A DNA stretch of 64,000 nucleotides from Bacteroidota bacterium (GCA_027487835.1 JAIYCU010000012.1:21718-85717), one strand, 5' to 3'; positions 47,531-56,911 are shown, counted from the first letter of the stretch. The notes: a model not told the origin generated them from the letters alone. Program-made: numbers and translations.

Positions 47531-49765
47531 TTACAAGCTGAAGCCTAGTGTTAAATAAAAACTTCTTGCATCGGAAGGAATTATACCTGGCCCTGGATAA
47601 GCGTCTGCCCTTCTTGTAAAATAATATTGATTGCCTAAGTTATTACAGCTAAACTCAAAGCTATATCGTTTAAACTTATAACTTAAAGAAACATCGGCAA
47701 CAGTATAAGCAGGAATAATTCCATTTACACCACCGCTCACTTTTTCTGCGTTGGTGGCATCGGTAAAATGTGCAGCAACTTTATTCATTTGAAATGTGCT
47801 TGCAAATCTTTTGTATTTATAACTTAAACCAACTCTTCCCATAAAAGGTGCAGCCATTTCTACTTGATTTCCCTCAAGAGATTTGTCTTTTGCATTGATA
47901 TATATAGCATTTACGTAAGCTAAATTAAAGAATATGTTTAATTTAGATTTGGCCTTTTTGCCTTTTATTAAATACCAAATGTCTGTCTCTAAAAAACATT
48001 CTACCCCCGTATTTCTAGAATTTGCAATGTTTGTTCTAAACCGATAATCTTGAAAAAGTGGTGGAACATCGGCACGAATAATTTGGCCAATTCTGTCTTG
48101 ATAGGATAAAAGAAAAACACTCATATCAAAATTTAAAATGCCATTATAATCCCCCCTAAGTCCCCAATCGCTGCTAAATCCATGTTCATCTTTAATATTG
48201 GCATCAACTTTCACATTTGGATTAACAATTCTAAGGTCGTTAAAATTTACGGCACGGTAATTTTGTGTAAAATTGGCATAGGTTTCTAACCAAGTATTTA
48301 TTTTATAACTAAGTCCAATACCAGCAAATACAAAGGATCTAACCGATTTTTGATAATCATAAACACTGGTATCAGCAATTATATTTCCAGCAAAGTCTTT
48401 GCTTATAGTTCTGTAAAAGCCAGTAGAAGAAGTATTAATATATTCTGCTCTAATGCCAGGCGTCAGGCTCCAGCGTGCATTGATTCGGAAGATATTTTCT
48501 GCAAACCAAGCAGCGTTAATATTGGTAAAAAGGTAATCAGAATTTTCTGGCTTTGCGGGGATAATCAACTTAAAATCTGGTCCACTTGAATTATTTCCAT
48601 CACCTTGAATGGAGCGAGTTGAACCAACATATATGCGGGTTCCCGTTAAAACAGTTTGTGGTTTTTGAAAAAGCTGATAATGCGCCAATAATCGGGTTTC
48701 GTTGCCAAGGTTTAAAAATCTCCCATCAATCAAAGTTCTATTAAAACCTAAGTCTGCCACATTTGGGCTACTTAAATTCCCTATCGAAAGTCTTTGAGAA
48801 GAAAGGCCAAATGTTTTTGAACTTAATTTAACTTTATCATTAAACTTATAGATTGCTTCTAAGGAGGCAAGGTTCCAACTAACTTTAAACCAATTTCTTC
48901 CTCTCAGGGATTGCTGAGGATTACTTAAAAACTGTGCATCTGTAAGTCCACCGGGTTGTTGCGCTAAGTAGTTCATGTGGGTATAATCTGCATGAATGCT
49001 AAGTTTGGCATTGATTTGATAAGACACAGCTGCATAATAAGTTTGCACTGTAAACGCTGAATTTGGTCGCCAACCATTGCTTTGTTTTCGGTTATAAAAA
49101 CTGTAATAGTTAAGTTTTTTCTTAAATAAAGTTCCGCCTATACTATTAAAAGTGCCAAAAAAACCAAAGGAGCCTGCGGTTTGCTTGGAGACTAATGAAA
49201 ATGGCTTGTTTACAATACCTTTTTTCATAACAAAATTGAGCATGCCACCAAATTGGGTTCCAAATTGCAAAGCTGAGGCGCCACGAACAAGCTCAATTTC
49301 TTCTAGGGCTTCAACAGGAGGCGTATAATAACTCTCTGGGTATCCAAGTGCATCAGCACTGATGTCATACCCATTTTGACGGGTATTAAAGTTTGAAGTT
49401 CTATTTGGACTTAAGCCTCTTCCACCAACGCCAAGTTGTAAACCGGCTTGGTCGCTTTCCCAAATATTAATGCCTGGTACTTTCCCAAAAATTTGACGTG
49501 CGTTATTGGTTGCTAAATTAGCTTGCAAGTCTTTTAGCACGATGCGTTCAGACTTTTTTGCTTCAAAAATTCCAAAACCACTTATGCTGTTAAGTCGGCC
49601 AATGCCATTGGTTTCGCGCTTGATTTCAGTAACAATAAATTCTTGCAAATAATTCATTTTGTTGTTTCTAAGGCTGTCTTTTTGCAAATGCAAAGAATCT
49701 GATTGAGCAAACATTTTTTGGCTCAAACAGTAACAAAATAGAAAGATATAAAATTTAATTTTCAA
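47531..49765 (-). CDS. TonB-dependent outer-membrane receptor (siderophore/haem-type size)
   Basis: 744 aa, signal peptide, plug-domain motifs (IEVVRGASALQFG), beta-barrel repeat composition. Confidence 0.8.
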   Translation of the reverse strand: MKIKFYIFLFCYCLSQKMFAQSDSLHLQKDSLRNNKMNYLQEFIVTEIKRETNGIGRLNSISGFGIFEAKKSERIVLKDLQANLATNNARQIFGKVPGINIWESDQAGLQLGVGGRGLSPNRTSNFNTRQNGYDISADALGYPESYYTPPVEALEEIELVRGASALQFGTQFGGMLNFVMKKGIVNKPFSLVSKQTAGSFGFFGTFNSIGGTLFKKKLNYYSFYNRKQSNGWRPNSAFTVQTYYAAVSYQINAKLSIHADYTHMNYLAQQPGGLTDAQFLSNPQQSLRGRNWFKVSWNLASLEAIYKFNDKVKLSSKTFGLSSQRLSIGNLSSPNVADLGFNRTLIDGRFLNLGNETRLLAHYQLFQKPQTVLTGTRIYVGSTRSIQGDGNNSSGPDFKLIIPAKPENSDYLFTNINAAWFAENIFRINARWSLTPGIRAEYINTSSTGFYRTISKDFAGNIIADTSVYDYQKSVRSFVFAGIGLSYKINTWLETYANFTQNYRAVNFNDLRIVNPNVKVDANIKDEHGFSSDWGLRGDYNGILNFDMSVFLLSYQDRIGQIIRADVPPLFQDYRFRTNIANSRNTGVECFLETDIWYLIKGKKAKSKLNIFFNLAYVNAIYINAKDKSLEGNQVEMAAPFMGRVGLSYKYKRFASTFQMNKVAAHFTDATNAEKVSGGVNGIIPAYTVADVSLSYKFKRYSFEFSCNNLGNQYYFTRRADAYPGPGIIPSDARSFYLTLGFSL

Positions 49766-51110
49766 GCGGTTTGATCCAAGATTTAGAGGCCCAAGTATCA
49801 GTAAGATTTAATAAATTTTGATTTGGCTTAATAAGCAATTGACTAGGCCTTCCGTTTAAAGTAACATATACTTCTGCCCTTACCGTGTTTACCTTTAAAC
49901 CTTTTGCTTCATACTGTTTTTTGAGAAATTGAGCAAATTGTAGAATCATATCTGGCTGCATGGCCATTTGTTTTTCTTGATGAGGGTTTAAAAAATCAGA
50001 ATTAACAACAACGCCTTCTCTTTGGGTGTTTTCATCAAATACATAAAAGGTAGCAGTTCCGGCTTTTTCAAACAGCATTACTCGCCAACCAAAGCGGTAG
50101 CCTTGTTCTGTCCAAAGGTGATTGCCATGGTAAAGCAAGTATCTCCAAGGGAAGAGCAAATGGAAAGAGATCCAAATCAATAAGCTTAGCTTTATAAATA
50201 ATTTATTATCGGCTTGGGTAATACGTTCTTGGTTTGGTTCAAACCGAAAAAAAGGAATAAACCTTGCAAAAAACTGAATGAATTTTAAGTGAAACTGATT
50301 GCTAAAAAAGATGAGTGTAGAAAATGTCATCACCAAAGGGAAAACCCCAATTTGAAACAAGTATCCAGTAAGGCTATGGAACAAAACAATGCAAAGCCAA
50401 GCCCAAATTCTAGTGCTTGAAAAAAGTAAAAAAAATCCAACAAAGATATCAAACAGCATACCTGCCCAACTAAACAAATAAGCAGTAGTTTCGTAAGTAA
50501 AAATTGAACCCAATATTGGCATGTCGCTATTGGCAGGCAACCATATTTTTAAGGGCATTGCAAGTATTAGCCAATCATAGTTTATTTTAGCAATACCTGC
50601 GTAAAAATACACCAGAATCAATTGAAATTTGAGAAGAAAAAGCATGTATGATTTTACTGTAGGGCACGACTTACTTTGCTGTTTTTTTGCATCAAAAGCA
50701 TAGGCTTTATTGGCAGGTAAAAACATCATCAAAAAGGCGATAAGGCTAACAAAATAGTAGTGGTTTAAGTAATAGGTTATATCAATTAACTCGCACCAGG
50801 TAAAACAAATGAAAAAGGCAATGCTGGCAATCCTGTAGTATGCCCCTAAGAAAACCCCGATGCTGGCCAAAAGCATAATACCATGAAGTACATACATGTA
50901 AAATTCGGGCAAGAGAGGTACCCATTCAAAGCCAAAATATTTGAATTGGATTTTTGTTTCAACAAAGTGAAGATTTACCCAATCTAAAAGAATAAAGCGA
51001 AAGGTGCTAAGAAAGGTGGTGAGGCCAAAAATAATTCTAAAGCCAATTAAAGGTAGAATTGATACCTCACGAAAAAGGAATTGACTAAATTTATTTTCCT
51101 TAATCGCCAT
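49755..51110 (-). CDS. HTTM-domain (vitamin-K-dependent gamma-carboxylase-like) polytopic membrane protein
   Basis: 451 aa, 8+ TM helices, N-terminal HTTM-like region, C-terminal soluble part; start overlaps the upstream gene by 11 nt. Confidence 0.6.
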   Translation of the reverse strand: MAIKENKFSQFLFREVSILPLIGFRIIFGLTTFLSTFRFILLDWVNLHFVETKIQFKYFGFEWVPLLPEFYMYVLHGIMLLASIGVFLGAYYRIASIAFFICFTWCELIDITYYLNHYYFVSLIAFLMMFLPANKAYAFDAKKQQSKSCPTVKSYMLFLLKFQLILVYFYAGIAKINYDWLILAMPLKIWLPANSDMPILGSIFTYETTAYLFSWAGMLFDIFVGFFLLFSSTRIWAWLCIVLFHSLTGYLFQIGVFPLVMTFSTLIFFSNQFHLKFIQFFARFIPFFRFEPNQERITQADNKLFIKLSLLIWISFHLLFPWRYLLYHGNHLWTEQGYRFGWRVMLFEKAGTATFYVFDENTQREGVVVNSDFLNPHQEKQMAMQPDMILQFAQFLKKQYEAKGLKVNTVRAEVYVTLNGRPSQLLIKPNQNLLNLTDTWASKSWIKPLEN

Positions 51111-52194
51111 CTCCGCTGCTGTAGGTAATTGCTATGCCAATGAGGCTAGAAAGGTCGCTTTTAAAGAAGCGTGTATGTTTTTGTAATTCGGTATGAACCA
51201 CATTTACTTTTTCAAAATCATCTTGAATATTTTTTGACAAAGGTTTATGTGGAATGTTACCAAAGGCTTTATCAATTTGAGCCATTTGAATCTCAGTAGC
51301 TTCAATTAATGCATTTCCACCACTGATGGTGGCAAGATAATCTTTAAATCCGATACCCTTTTTTCCATTTAAACCTCTGCCCTCCCAGATGTTTTTCAAC
51401 TGACTCCAATGAGCAAAGGCCAATTCTAAAGAATATCCACTATAATAGGCTTCAACTTTTTCTGGAGCCACCGCCGTTTGCCCAGGCCTTAGTCCGAGTG
51501 GAATGCCAAACTTAAAGTTTTTTAGCCCCTCATAACTTTTAAGAAACTCATTATAAAAAGAAGAAATAGAACTCCCAATATCGGTTCCTGAATTTGATTT
51601 AAACTCATTGATAAAAGAGCCATTCCAAGCGTTGTAAACTTGTCCTATTTGTTGATTTAGTTTATTTACACAGGCTTTCAGATAATCTCTTCTAAATGGA
51701 CTTAAAGCATAATCTTTGGTGATTTCAGTAAGGTTTTGATTTAAGCCAAACAATAAAAATTCGATGGCATAGATACCTCTAGCATCTCTATCAAAGTTAT
51801 TAAAGCTGGTGTCGTTAGCTAGAATATAATTCTCAATTTTAGTGGTGTTAACAGGAAAGGTTCCAGCCTCTTCATTTAAAGATTTGTTTACTCCCATTTC
51901 ACCAGCTGGACCAAAGTTAAACATGTTTATGTTTTGCCAATTAGAAGCCATTAATTTCCATTTTTCTTGCGCAATTAGCAGATTTGACGCAGTTGGATTG
52001 CTTATAAAATCAGTAGTAGCATTTTGAAGATTAAAAGCAGTCATGTATGTGGCTTCCATAGCTGGCATGATGATATTGTCTGCCGCCTGAGCTAGCAATT
52101 CTGCTCGGTTAAAGTTATTGTCTTTAACATCCCCCACTTTCTGTTGACAGGCAAACAAGAAAAGAATACCTAAAGTCAAAAATGCTCTTTGCAT
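51100..52194 (-). CDS. imelysin-family lipoprotein (IrpA-like)
   Basis: lipobox LFAC; two-repeat imelysin-like architecture with the GIYAIEFLLFG motif (G-x-H/Y-x-x-E-x-L-L); the start overlaps the HTTM gene end. Confidence 0.6.
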   Translation of the reverse strand: MQRAFLTLGILFLFACQQKVGDVKDNNFNRAELLAQAADNIIMPAMEATYMTAFNLQNATTDFISNPTASNLLIAQEKWKLMASNWQNINMFNFGPAGEMGVNKSLNEEAGTFPVNTTKIENYILANDTSFNNFDRDARGIYAIEFLLFGLNQNLTEITKDYALSPFRRDYLKACVNKLNQQIGQVYNAWNGSFINEFKSNSGTDIGSSISSFYNEFLKSYEGLKNFKFGIPLGLRPGQTAVAPEKVEAYYSGYSLELAFAHWSQLKNIWEGRGLNGKKGIGFKDYLATISGGNALIEATEIQMAQIDKAFGNIPHKPLSKNIQDDFEKVNVVHTELQKHTRFFKSDLSSLIGIAITYSSGDGD

Positions 52195-52198
52195 GGAA

Positions 52199-53332
52199 TT
52201 ATCTATTTTGATCGTTTACCCAATTCTTTTTAAATTCTTCAATTTCAATATTTGAGAAATTGTATTCGGTTTGAACCAAAGAAATAATTTGATTAAGTTT
52301 ATTTACTTGGTTTACGCGATCACTAATGAACAATAAAGGATTGCCAAGTGCATCTGGTTTGGCTTGCAAAAGGCTTAGGATTTGCATAGATTCATCAAAA
52401 CTAATAGATTTTCTTGCCATACTGGCCCAACCCATTGTAAACCCGGCACATTCTGCAAGGGAATGTAAAGTTGCTGCTTTTTGTGCAGGTGTCATTTCTG
52501 TTTGAGACATATTTGAAATGGCTGAATGGCAATAATTTATTACTGTTGCAAAAGTGGCTTTTTCTAGAATGGATTTAATGGCCTCTCTAGCCTCATCTCT
52601 TTCTTTATTAAATTTGGCTCCTGCTTTAAGTGCTGCTTGTAACTTTAAGAAGTTGAATTTAATTTGAGAATAGAAGCCATTTCCATCATTTTTATCGCGT
52701 CGCGCAAGGTAATTAGCCATATATCTATCTGCATAAACGCCATGTTTTGTGGCACCGCTATTTTTAAATTGTGGTGTTAATCCTATCAAGAAAAGCGCTT
52801 GGTCTAACGTTTTTAGGTTGGGTTCATTTATGATTAATAATTGCAAAGCCATTTTGACGCAATAAGAGCCAAACATATCCTTTTCAACCATTTGTTCTGG
52901 CTCATGTCCATTTGCGGTAAAAAGGTATCCACCATATGTTCCACCTATTTTGTTAGTTGAATCTGGGTTAAATACATTTCCAGAAGCCATTTCAGCTTTC
53001 TCCAACCAACCATTTGACATGCTTAATATAAAATCTACATTATAAGAATTCATATTGGTATAAACTGAAACACCATTATTATTGGTTAGAAAATTCCTCA
53101 TTTTATATGCCGCTAACTGTACGTCAGTTGTTCTCCCCTTTTTCATTTCCACCACCAATGCATCAAATGATTGCGTATAAGGCAGCAATTCAGAGATGTT
53201 GTTGGTATAATTTGTTGAATCATAATTTGCTTCAATGACTAAATTGGCAGTGGAATCTTCCTCCTTTTTACAAGCTGCAAGGTTGGCTATGACTGCAAAT
53301 AAAATCAAGGTTTTAGTTAAGCTATTTTTCAT
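52199..53332 (-). CDS. lipoprotein, DUF4856-like (imelysin-associated), hypothetical
   Basis: 377 aa, lipobox LAAC; the position upstream of imelysin/HTTM/TBDR matches a cluster I recall in Flavobacteriia/Sphingobacteriia; family call from memory. Confidence 0.4.
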   Translation of the reverse strand: MKNSLTKTLILFAVIANLAACKKEEDSTANLVIEANYDSTNYTNNISELLPYTQSFDALVVEMKKGRTTDVQLAAYKMRNFLTNNNGVSVYTNMNSYNVDFILSMSNGWLEKAEMASGNVFNPDSTNKIGGTYGGYLFTANGHEPEQMVEKDMFGSYCVKMALQLLIINEPNLKTLDQALFLIGLTPQFKNSGATKHGVYADRYMANYLARRDKNDGNGFYSQIKFNFLKLQAALKAGAKFNKERDEAREAIKSILEKATFATVINYCHSAISNMSQTEMTPAQKAATLHSLAECAGFTMGWASMARKSISFDESMQILSLLQAKPDALGNPLLFISDRVNQVNKLNQIISLVQTEYNFSNIEIEEFKKNWVNDQNR

Positions 53333-53545
53333 GTGCTTTTATTTAGAATAATTTTAAATAATTGACATTGCAAATCTAACAAGCGTTAAATAAGATACAA
53401 GATTAAATGTAGATTAATTCTAAATAGCATTTTTAATACACTGATAATAAGATATTAAAAAAGGTGATATTGATGGAAATCTGACAAAAATCATGAACAA
53501 CGAATTAGATTCATGTGGATTGACTTGCTTTTATTTTCTTTGCAG

Positions 53546-54550
53546 ATGATGAGCAAAGAAACAATTGTAAGTGGTATTCGCCCAACTGGAAATTTACATT
53601 TAGGTAATTATATGGGGGCAGTAAACAATTTTGTGCGCATGCAGCATGCGCATAATTGTTATTTTTTCATTGCCGATTATCACAGTTTAACTACGCATCC
53701 CAATCCTAAAGATTTGCATCAAAATGTGCGACAAGTTTTAGTGGAATATTTGGCTTGTGGCTTAGATCCGGAGGTATGTACCTTATATGTGCAGAGTGAT
53801 TTACCGCAAATTCCTGAGTTGTACATGTTAATGAATATGCATGCTTATTTGGGTGAGTTGGAAAGAGTGAGTTCTTTTAAAGAAAAAGCACGCACGCAAC
53901 CAAATAATATAAATGCTGGATTATTAACCTACCCTGTATTAATGGCGGCAGATATTATTATTCATAAAGCTACTAAAGTTCCGGTGGGCAAAGACCAAGA
54001 GCAGCATTTAGAAATGGCCAGAACTTTTGGTAATCGATTTAACAGAATGTATGGGCAAGAAATATTCCCAGAGCCTTATGCCTTTAATTATGGAAAGGAA
54101 TTGGTAAAAATTCCGGGTTTACAAGGTGGAGGAAAAATGAGTAAGAGTGATGGCGATAATAATGTAATAAACCTAATTGATTCGCCTGAAGTCATAAGAA
54201 AGAAAATGAGCAGGGCTGTAACAGATACGGGACCTACAGAGCCAAATACGGCGCCTTCGGCGCCTGTCCAAAACCTATTCGACCTCATGACAATCGTTTC
54301 TTCAGCGGAAAAACTTTCCTTTTACCAACAAGCTTATGCTAGTTGTAGCATTCGCTATGGCGATTTTAAGAAAGACTTGGGTGAAGATATGGTTACTTTT
54401 CTAACACCCGTGCGTGAAAAAATTGCAGATATTGAATCGAATAATGAGCTCTTGAAAAAAGTAGCGAAAACTGGCCGCGAAAAAGCGGCTGAAAGTGCAG
54501 ATAAAACCCTTAAAGAATGCAGGGAAATAATTGGATTTAGAGGGTTTTAG
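53546..54550 (+). CDS. trpS: tryptophan--tRNA ligase
   Basis: class I motifs HLGNYMGA (HIGH) and KMSKS; ~335 aa; start at the MMSKE ATG rather than the track start. Confidence 0.9.
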   Translation: MMSKETIVSGIRPTGNLHLGNYMGAVNNFVRMQHAHNCYFFIADYHSLTTHPNPKDLHQNVRQVLVEYLACGLDPEVCTLYVQSDLPQIPELYMLMNMHAYLGELERVSSFKEKARTQPNNINAGLLTYPVLMAADIIIHKATKVPVGKDQEQHLEMARTFGNRFNRMYGQEIFPEPYAFNYGKELVKIPGLQGGGKMSKSDGDNNVINLIDSPEVIRKKMSRAVTDTGPTEPNTAPSAPVQNLFDLMTIVSSAEKLSFYQQAYASCSIRYGDFKKDLGEDMVTFLTPVREKIADIESNNELLKKVAKTGREKAAESADKTLKECREIIGFRGF

Positions 54551-54551
54551 G

Positions 54552-54773
54552 TCACTTTTTTGGCAACAACTTTGGCAACAAAGCTTCTTTACCTTCCTTT
54601 TTCATTTTGGCAGCCTCCTGAATTACCTCCTGTTCGATGGTTTTATCAACCTCTTGTTGTAGCAGGTCAACTAAATCAACATCTGCCACTATAAGTATTA
54701 TGGCAATAATGCATAAAAAGCCAATGCTTGCCAAGGTTAGCAATAATTTTGCTGCTTGTTTTTTTTGCTCCAT
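54552..54773 (-). CDS. small single-pass membrane protein (73 aa), hypothetical
   Basis: MEQKKQAAKLLLTLASIGFLCIIAIILIV TM helix then acidic/EQ-rich tail; convergent with trpS. Confidence 0.35.
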   Translation of the reverse strand: MEQKKQAAKLLLTLASIGFLCIIAIILIVADVDLVDLLQQEVDKTIEQEVIQEAAKMKKEGKEALLPKLLPKK

Positions 54774-54776
54774 ATC

Positions 54777-56033
54777 TTATGTTTTTTTTTTTTTTTTTTG
54801 CGCAGAAGGAAACAATACATTATTTAAAATCAGCCTATATCCTGGCGAATTTGGATGCAGGTTTAAATCAGTAGGTGGCTCTCCTACTTGGTGCTGGTAA
54901 TCTTCTGGGTCGTGCCCGCTGTAGAAAGTCCAAGTGCCTTTGCCTGCAGTACCATGTATGTACCTTGCCTCATTTAAAGATTTATTCTCACCTAATATAA
55001 GCACTTCAGATTTTATATAGGGTTTTCTAAAAGCGGTGGTTTGACCCCAAAATCCTTTAATAGTGCTGGTATGGTTTTGATTAAGCATGGTTGGCACCAT
55101 ATCCCATTTTGCACTAAACTCAAATAAAGTAAAAATGTCATTTTCTTCAGTAACTGGCCTAGTGCCTTGCATCGCGTCGATGTAGCTATGTTCGTAAACC
55201 ATTGGGTCGAGATAAAGCTTATAATCTTTAAAGGCAAAGCTTTTGCTAAAATCAAGTTTTTTATCAGCCGACCAATCTGCAGGATCATTGTCAAAAACTT
55301 GGTCGCAGATATCAATTCCATCTGCAGCCATGGCAATATCCCATGTATCGGTGGCACTGCACATGGCAAACATAAAACCACCTCCAATTACATAATCTCT
55401 AATTTTTTTTGCCACCGCAAGTTTTAGTTCGCTTACTTTAGAAAAACCGTGTTTTGCGGCCATGGCCTCGGCTTCTCTTACCTCCGCCTGATACCAAGCA
55501 GTATGTGCAAAGTTGGAATAAAATTTACCATATTGACCAGTAAAATCTTCATGATGAACATGCAGCCAATCATACAATGGCAACTTATTTTCTAAGACTT
55601 CATCGTCATAAATAACATCGTAAGGAATTTCAGCATAGGTTAAAACTAAGGTAACGGCATCATCCCAAGGTTGCTTTGTTTTAGGACTATAAACAGCAAT
55701 TTTGGGAACTTTTAACAACTTTACCAATTCCATATTTACGTCGGGTTTAGCAATTTGAAGGAGAATTTCTGAAACCTGCCCTTCGCTAATCACCTCATAA
55801 CTTAAACCTCTTATTCGGCATTCTTTTTCAATGGCGTCATTCAGCATAATCATAAAGCTTCCACCTTTATAATTTAACAGCCAATCAACTTCTAAATCTT
55901 GTTTTAACACCCAAAAGGCCAAGCCATACGCTTTAAGGTGATTTTTTTGCGCTGCATCCATTGGAATGAGAATCCTTGTTGCATTAGCAAGACTGGCAGA
56001 AGAAAGCAAAAGCAAAAAGAATAATTTACGCAT
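54777..56033 (-). CDS. secreted hypothetical protein (possible class-I glutamine-amidotransferase/ThuA-like fold) with C-terminal poly-Lys tail
   Basis: 418 aa; signal peptide MRKLFFLLLLSSASLANA; GGGFMFAMCSATD nucleophile-elbow-like segment; C-terminus QKKKKKT encoded by the homopolymer. Confidence 0.55.
   Translation of the reverse strand: MRKLFFLLLLSSASLANATRILIPMDAAQKNHLKAYGLAFWVLKQDLEVDWLLNYKGGSFMIMLNDAIEKECRIRGLSYEVISEGQVSEILLQIAKPDVNMELVKLLKVPKIAVYSPKTKQPWDDAVTLVLTYAEIPYDVIYDDEVLENKLPLYDWLHVHHEDFTGQYGKFYSNFAHTAWYQAEVREAEAMAAKHGFSKVSELKLAVAKKIRDYVIGGGFMFAMCSATDTWDIAMAADGIDICDQVFDNDPADWSADKKLDFSKSFAFKDYKLYLDPMVYEHSYIDAMQGTRPVTEENDIFTLFEFSAKWDMVPTMLNQNHTSTIKGFWGQTTAFRKPYIKSEVLILGENKSLNEARYIHGTAGKGTWTFYSGHDPEDYQHQVGEPPTDLNLHPNSPGYRLILNNVLFPSAQKKKKKT
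54782..54801. repeat. poly(T) homopolymer, 18-20 nt (poly(A) on the coding minus strand)
   Basis: 20 consecutive T as displayed; the ORF-track translations (...SAQKKKKKT on minus, ...VFFFFFC on plus) imply 18 T followed by an extra AT at ~54838, so the tract length is ambiguous. Confidence 0.85.
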
Positions 56034-56045
56034 GATTCAAATATG

Positions 56046-56813
56046 CTAATTTGTTGCGATACTTTTAGAAATCAAATCATAAATTTCTAATAATTTTGGT
56101 TCATTTGCCATTATTTTTCGATGAATTTCCAAGCTGTTTTCATCTCCTCTGCTTGCAGGCCCAGTCTGCGCATCCTTTGGACTTAGCACTTGTAGCTTTT
56201 CGGCAGTTTCATTGATTAGAGGCAGTAAATATTTGAAATCAAGTTGGTTTTTGCCCAAAAAATCATGCATCAATGAAAACAGATGATTGCTGAAATTATT
56301 TACAAATACTGCAGCCAAATGCAATTGTTGCCTTTGTTTTTCTGAAACAAAAATGGCGCTATGTCCCATTGCATCAGCCAATACTTCTAAAATCCTTTTA
56401 TTTTCTTCATTGTTGGCTTCAATAGCAATGGGTATATCTTTAAAAACCACTTCTCTTTGGGCACTGAAGGTTTGGATCGGCCAAAAAATACCGAAATTAT
56501 CATGTTTATTAAGCACTTCACTTGATAAAATTCCAGAGCAATGCACAACAATGGCATTGGTATCACATTGTGCAGAAATTTCAGCCACTGCAGCATCAGA
56601 AATTGCTAAGAAAATAAGGTCGGTTTGAACCAAAGCCGTCTGCAGTGAATCTGCTAATTGAACTTTGTAAATATTAGCTAATTCACTTGCCTTCTGCGTA
56701 TTTCTAGCCCATAAAGAAGTAACTTCAAAATTAGATTGTAAGCATGCACGTAATAAATTTTGCGCCATCTTTCCACTTCCAATAATTGTTATTTTTATCA
56801 TGTATAGGTTCAA
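56046..56813 (-). CDS. Rossmann-fold NAD(P)-binding protein, DUF2520-like (ProC/ketopantoate-reductase-like)
   Basis: 255 aa, N-terminal ITIIGSGKMAQNL dinucleotide-binding motif; TTG start. Confidence 0.5.
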   Translation of the reverse strand: MNLYMIKITIIGSGKMAQNLLRACLQSNFEVTSLWARNTQKASELANIYKVQLADSLQTALVQTDLIFLAISDAAVAEISAQCDTNAIVVHCSGILSSEVLNKHDNFGIFWPIQTFSAQREVVFKDIPIAIEANNEENKRILEVLADAMGHSAIFVSEKQRQQLHLAAVFVNNFSNHLFSLMHDFLGKNQLDFKYLLPLINETAEKLQVLSPKDAQTGPASRGDENSLEIHRKIMANEPKLLEIYDLISKSIATN

Positions 56814-56911
56814 AACTATATAATTAAATGAAATCTTACTAGTTAAGTAAATTCTATTACTTAAAATATGTGTATATTTTCCTTATTTCATTAGCCTAAA
56901 TTTAAATATTA

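Noticed and set aside
53333-53545. Possible T-box or other leader riboswitch upstream of trpS
   Set aside because: The region is AT-rich with no recognisable specifier or T-box consensus (AATTAGGGTGGTACCGCG-like) or antiterminator. T-boxes are also rare in Bacteroidota.
54637-54900. Plus-strand ORF 54637..54900 containing a poly-Phe run
   Set aside because: The poly-Phe is simply the T homopolymer read in frame. The ORF overlaps two better-supported minus-strand genes and has no independent support.
3983-56631. Interpreting the iterated GGTTTGAACC motif as a KOPS/FtsK-orienting or Chi-like polar sequence
   Set aside because: Copies occur in both orientations (8 forward, 5 reverse) on the same replichore-scale segment with no strand skew, and the core is quasi-palindromic. 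Polar sequences are strongly strand-biased.
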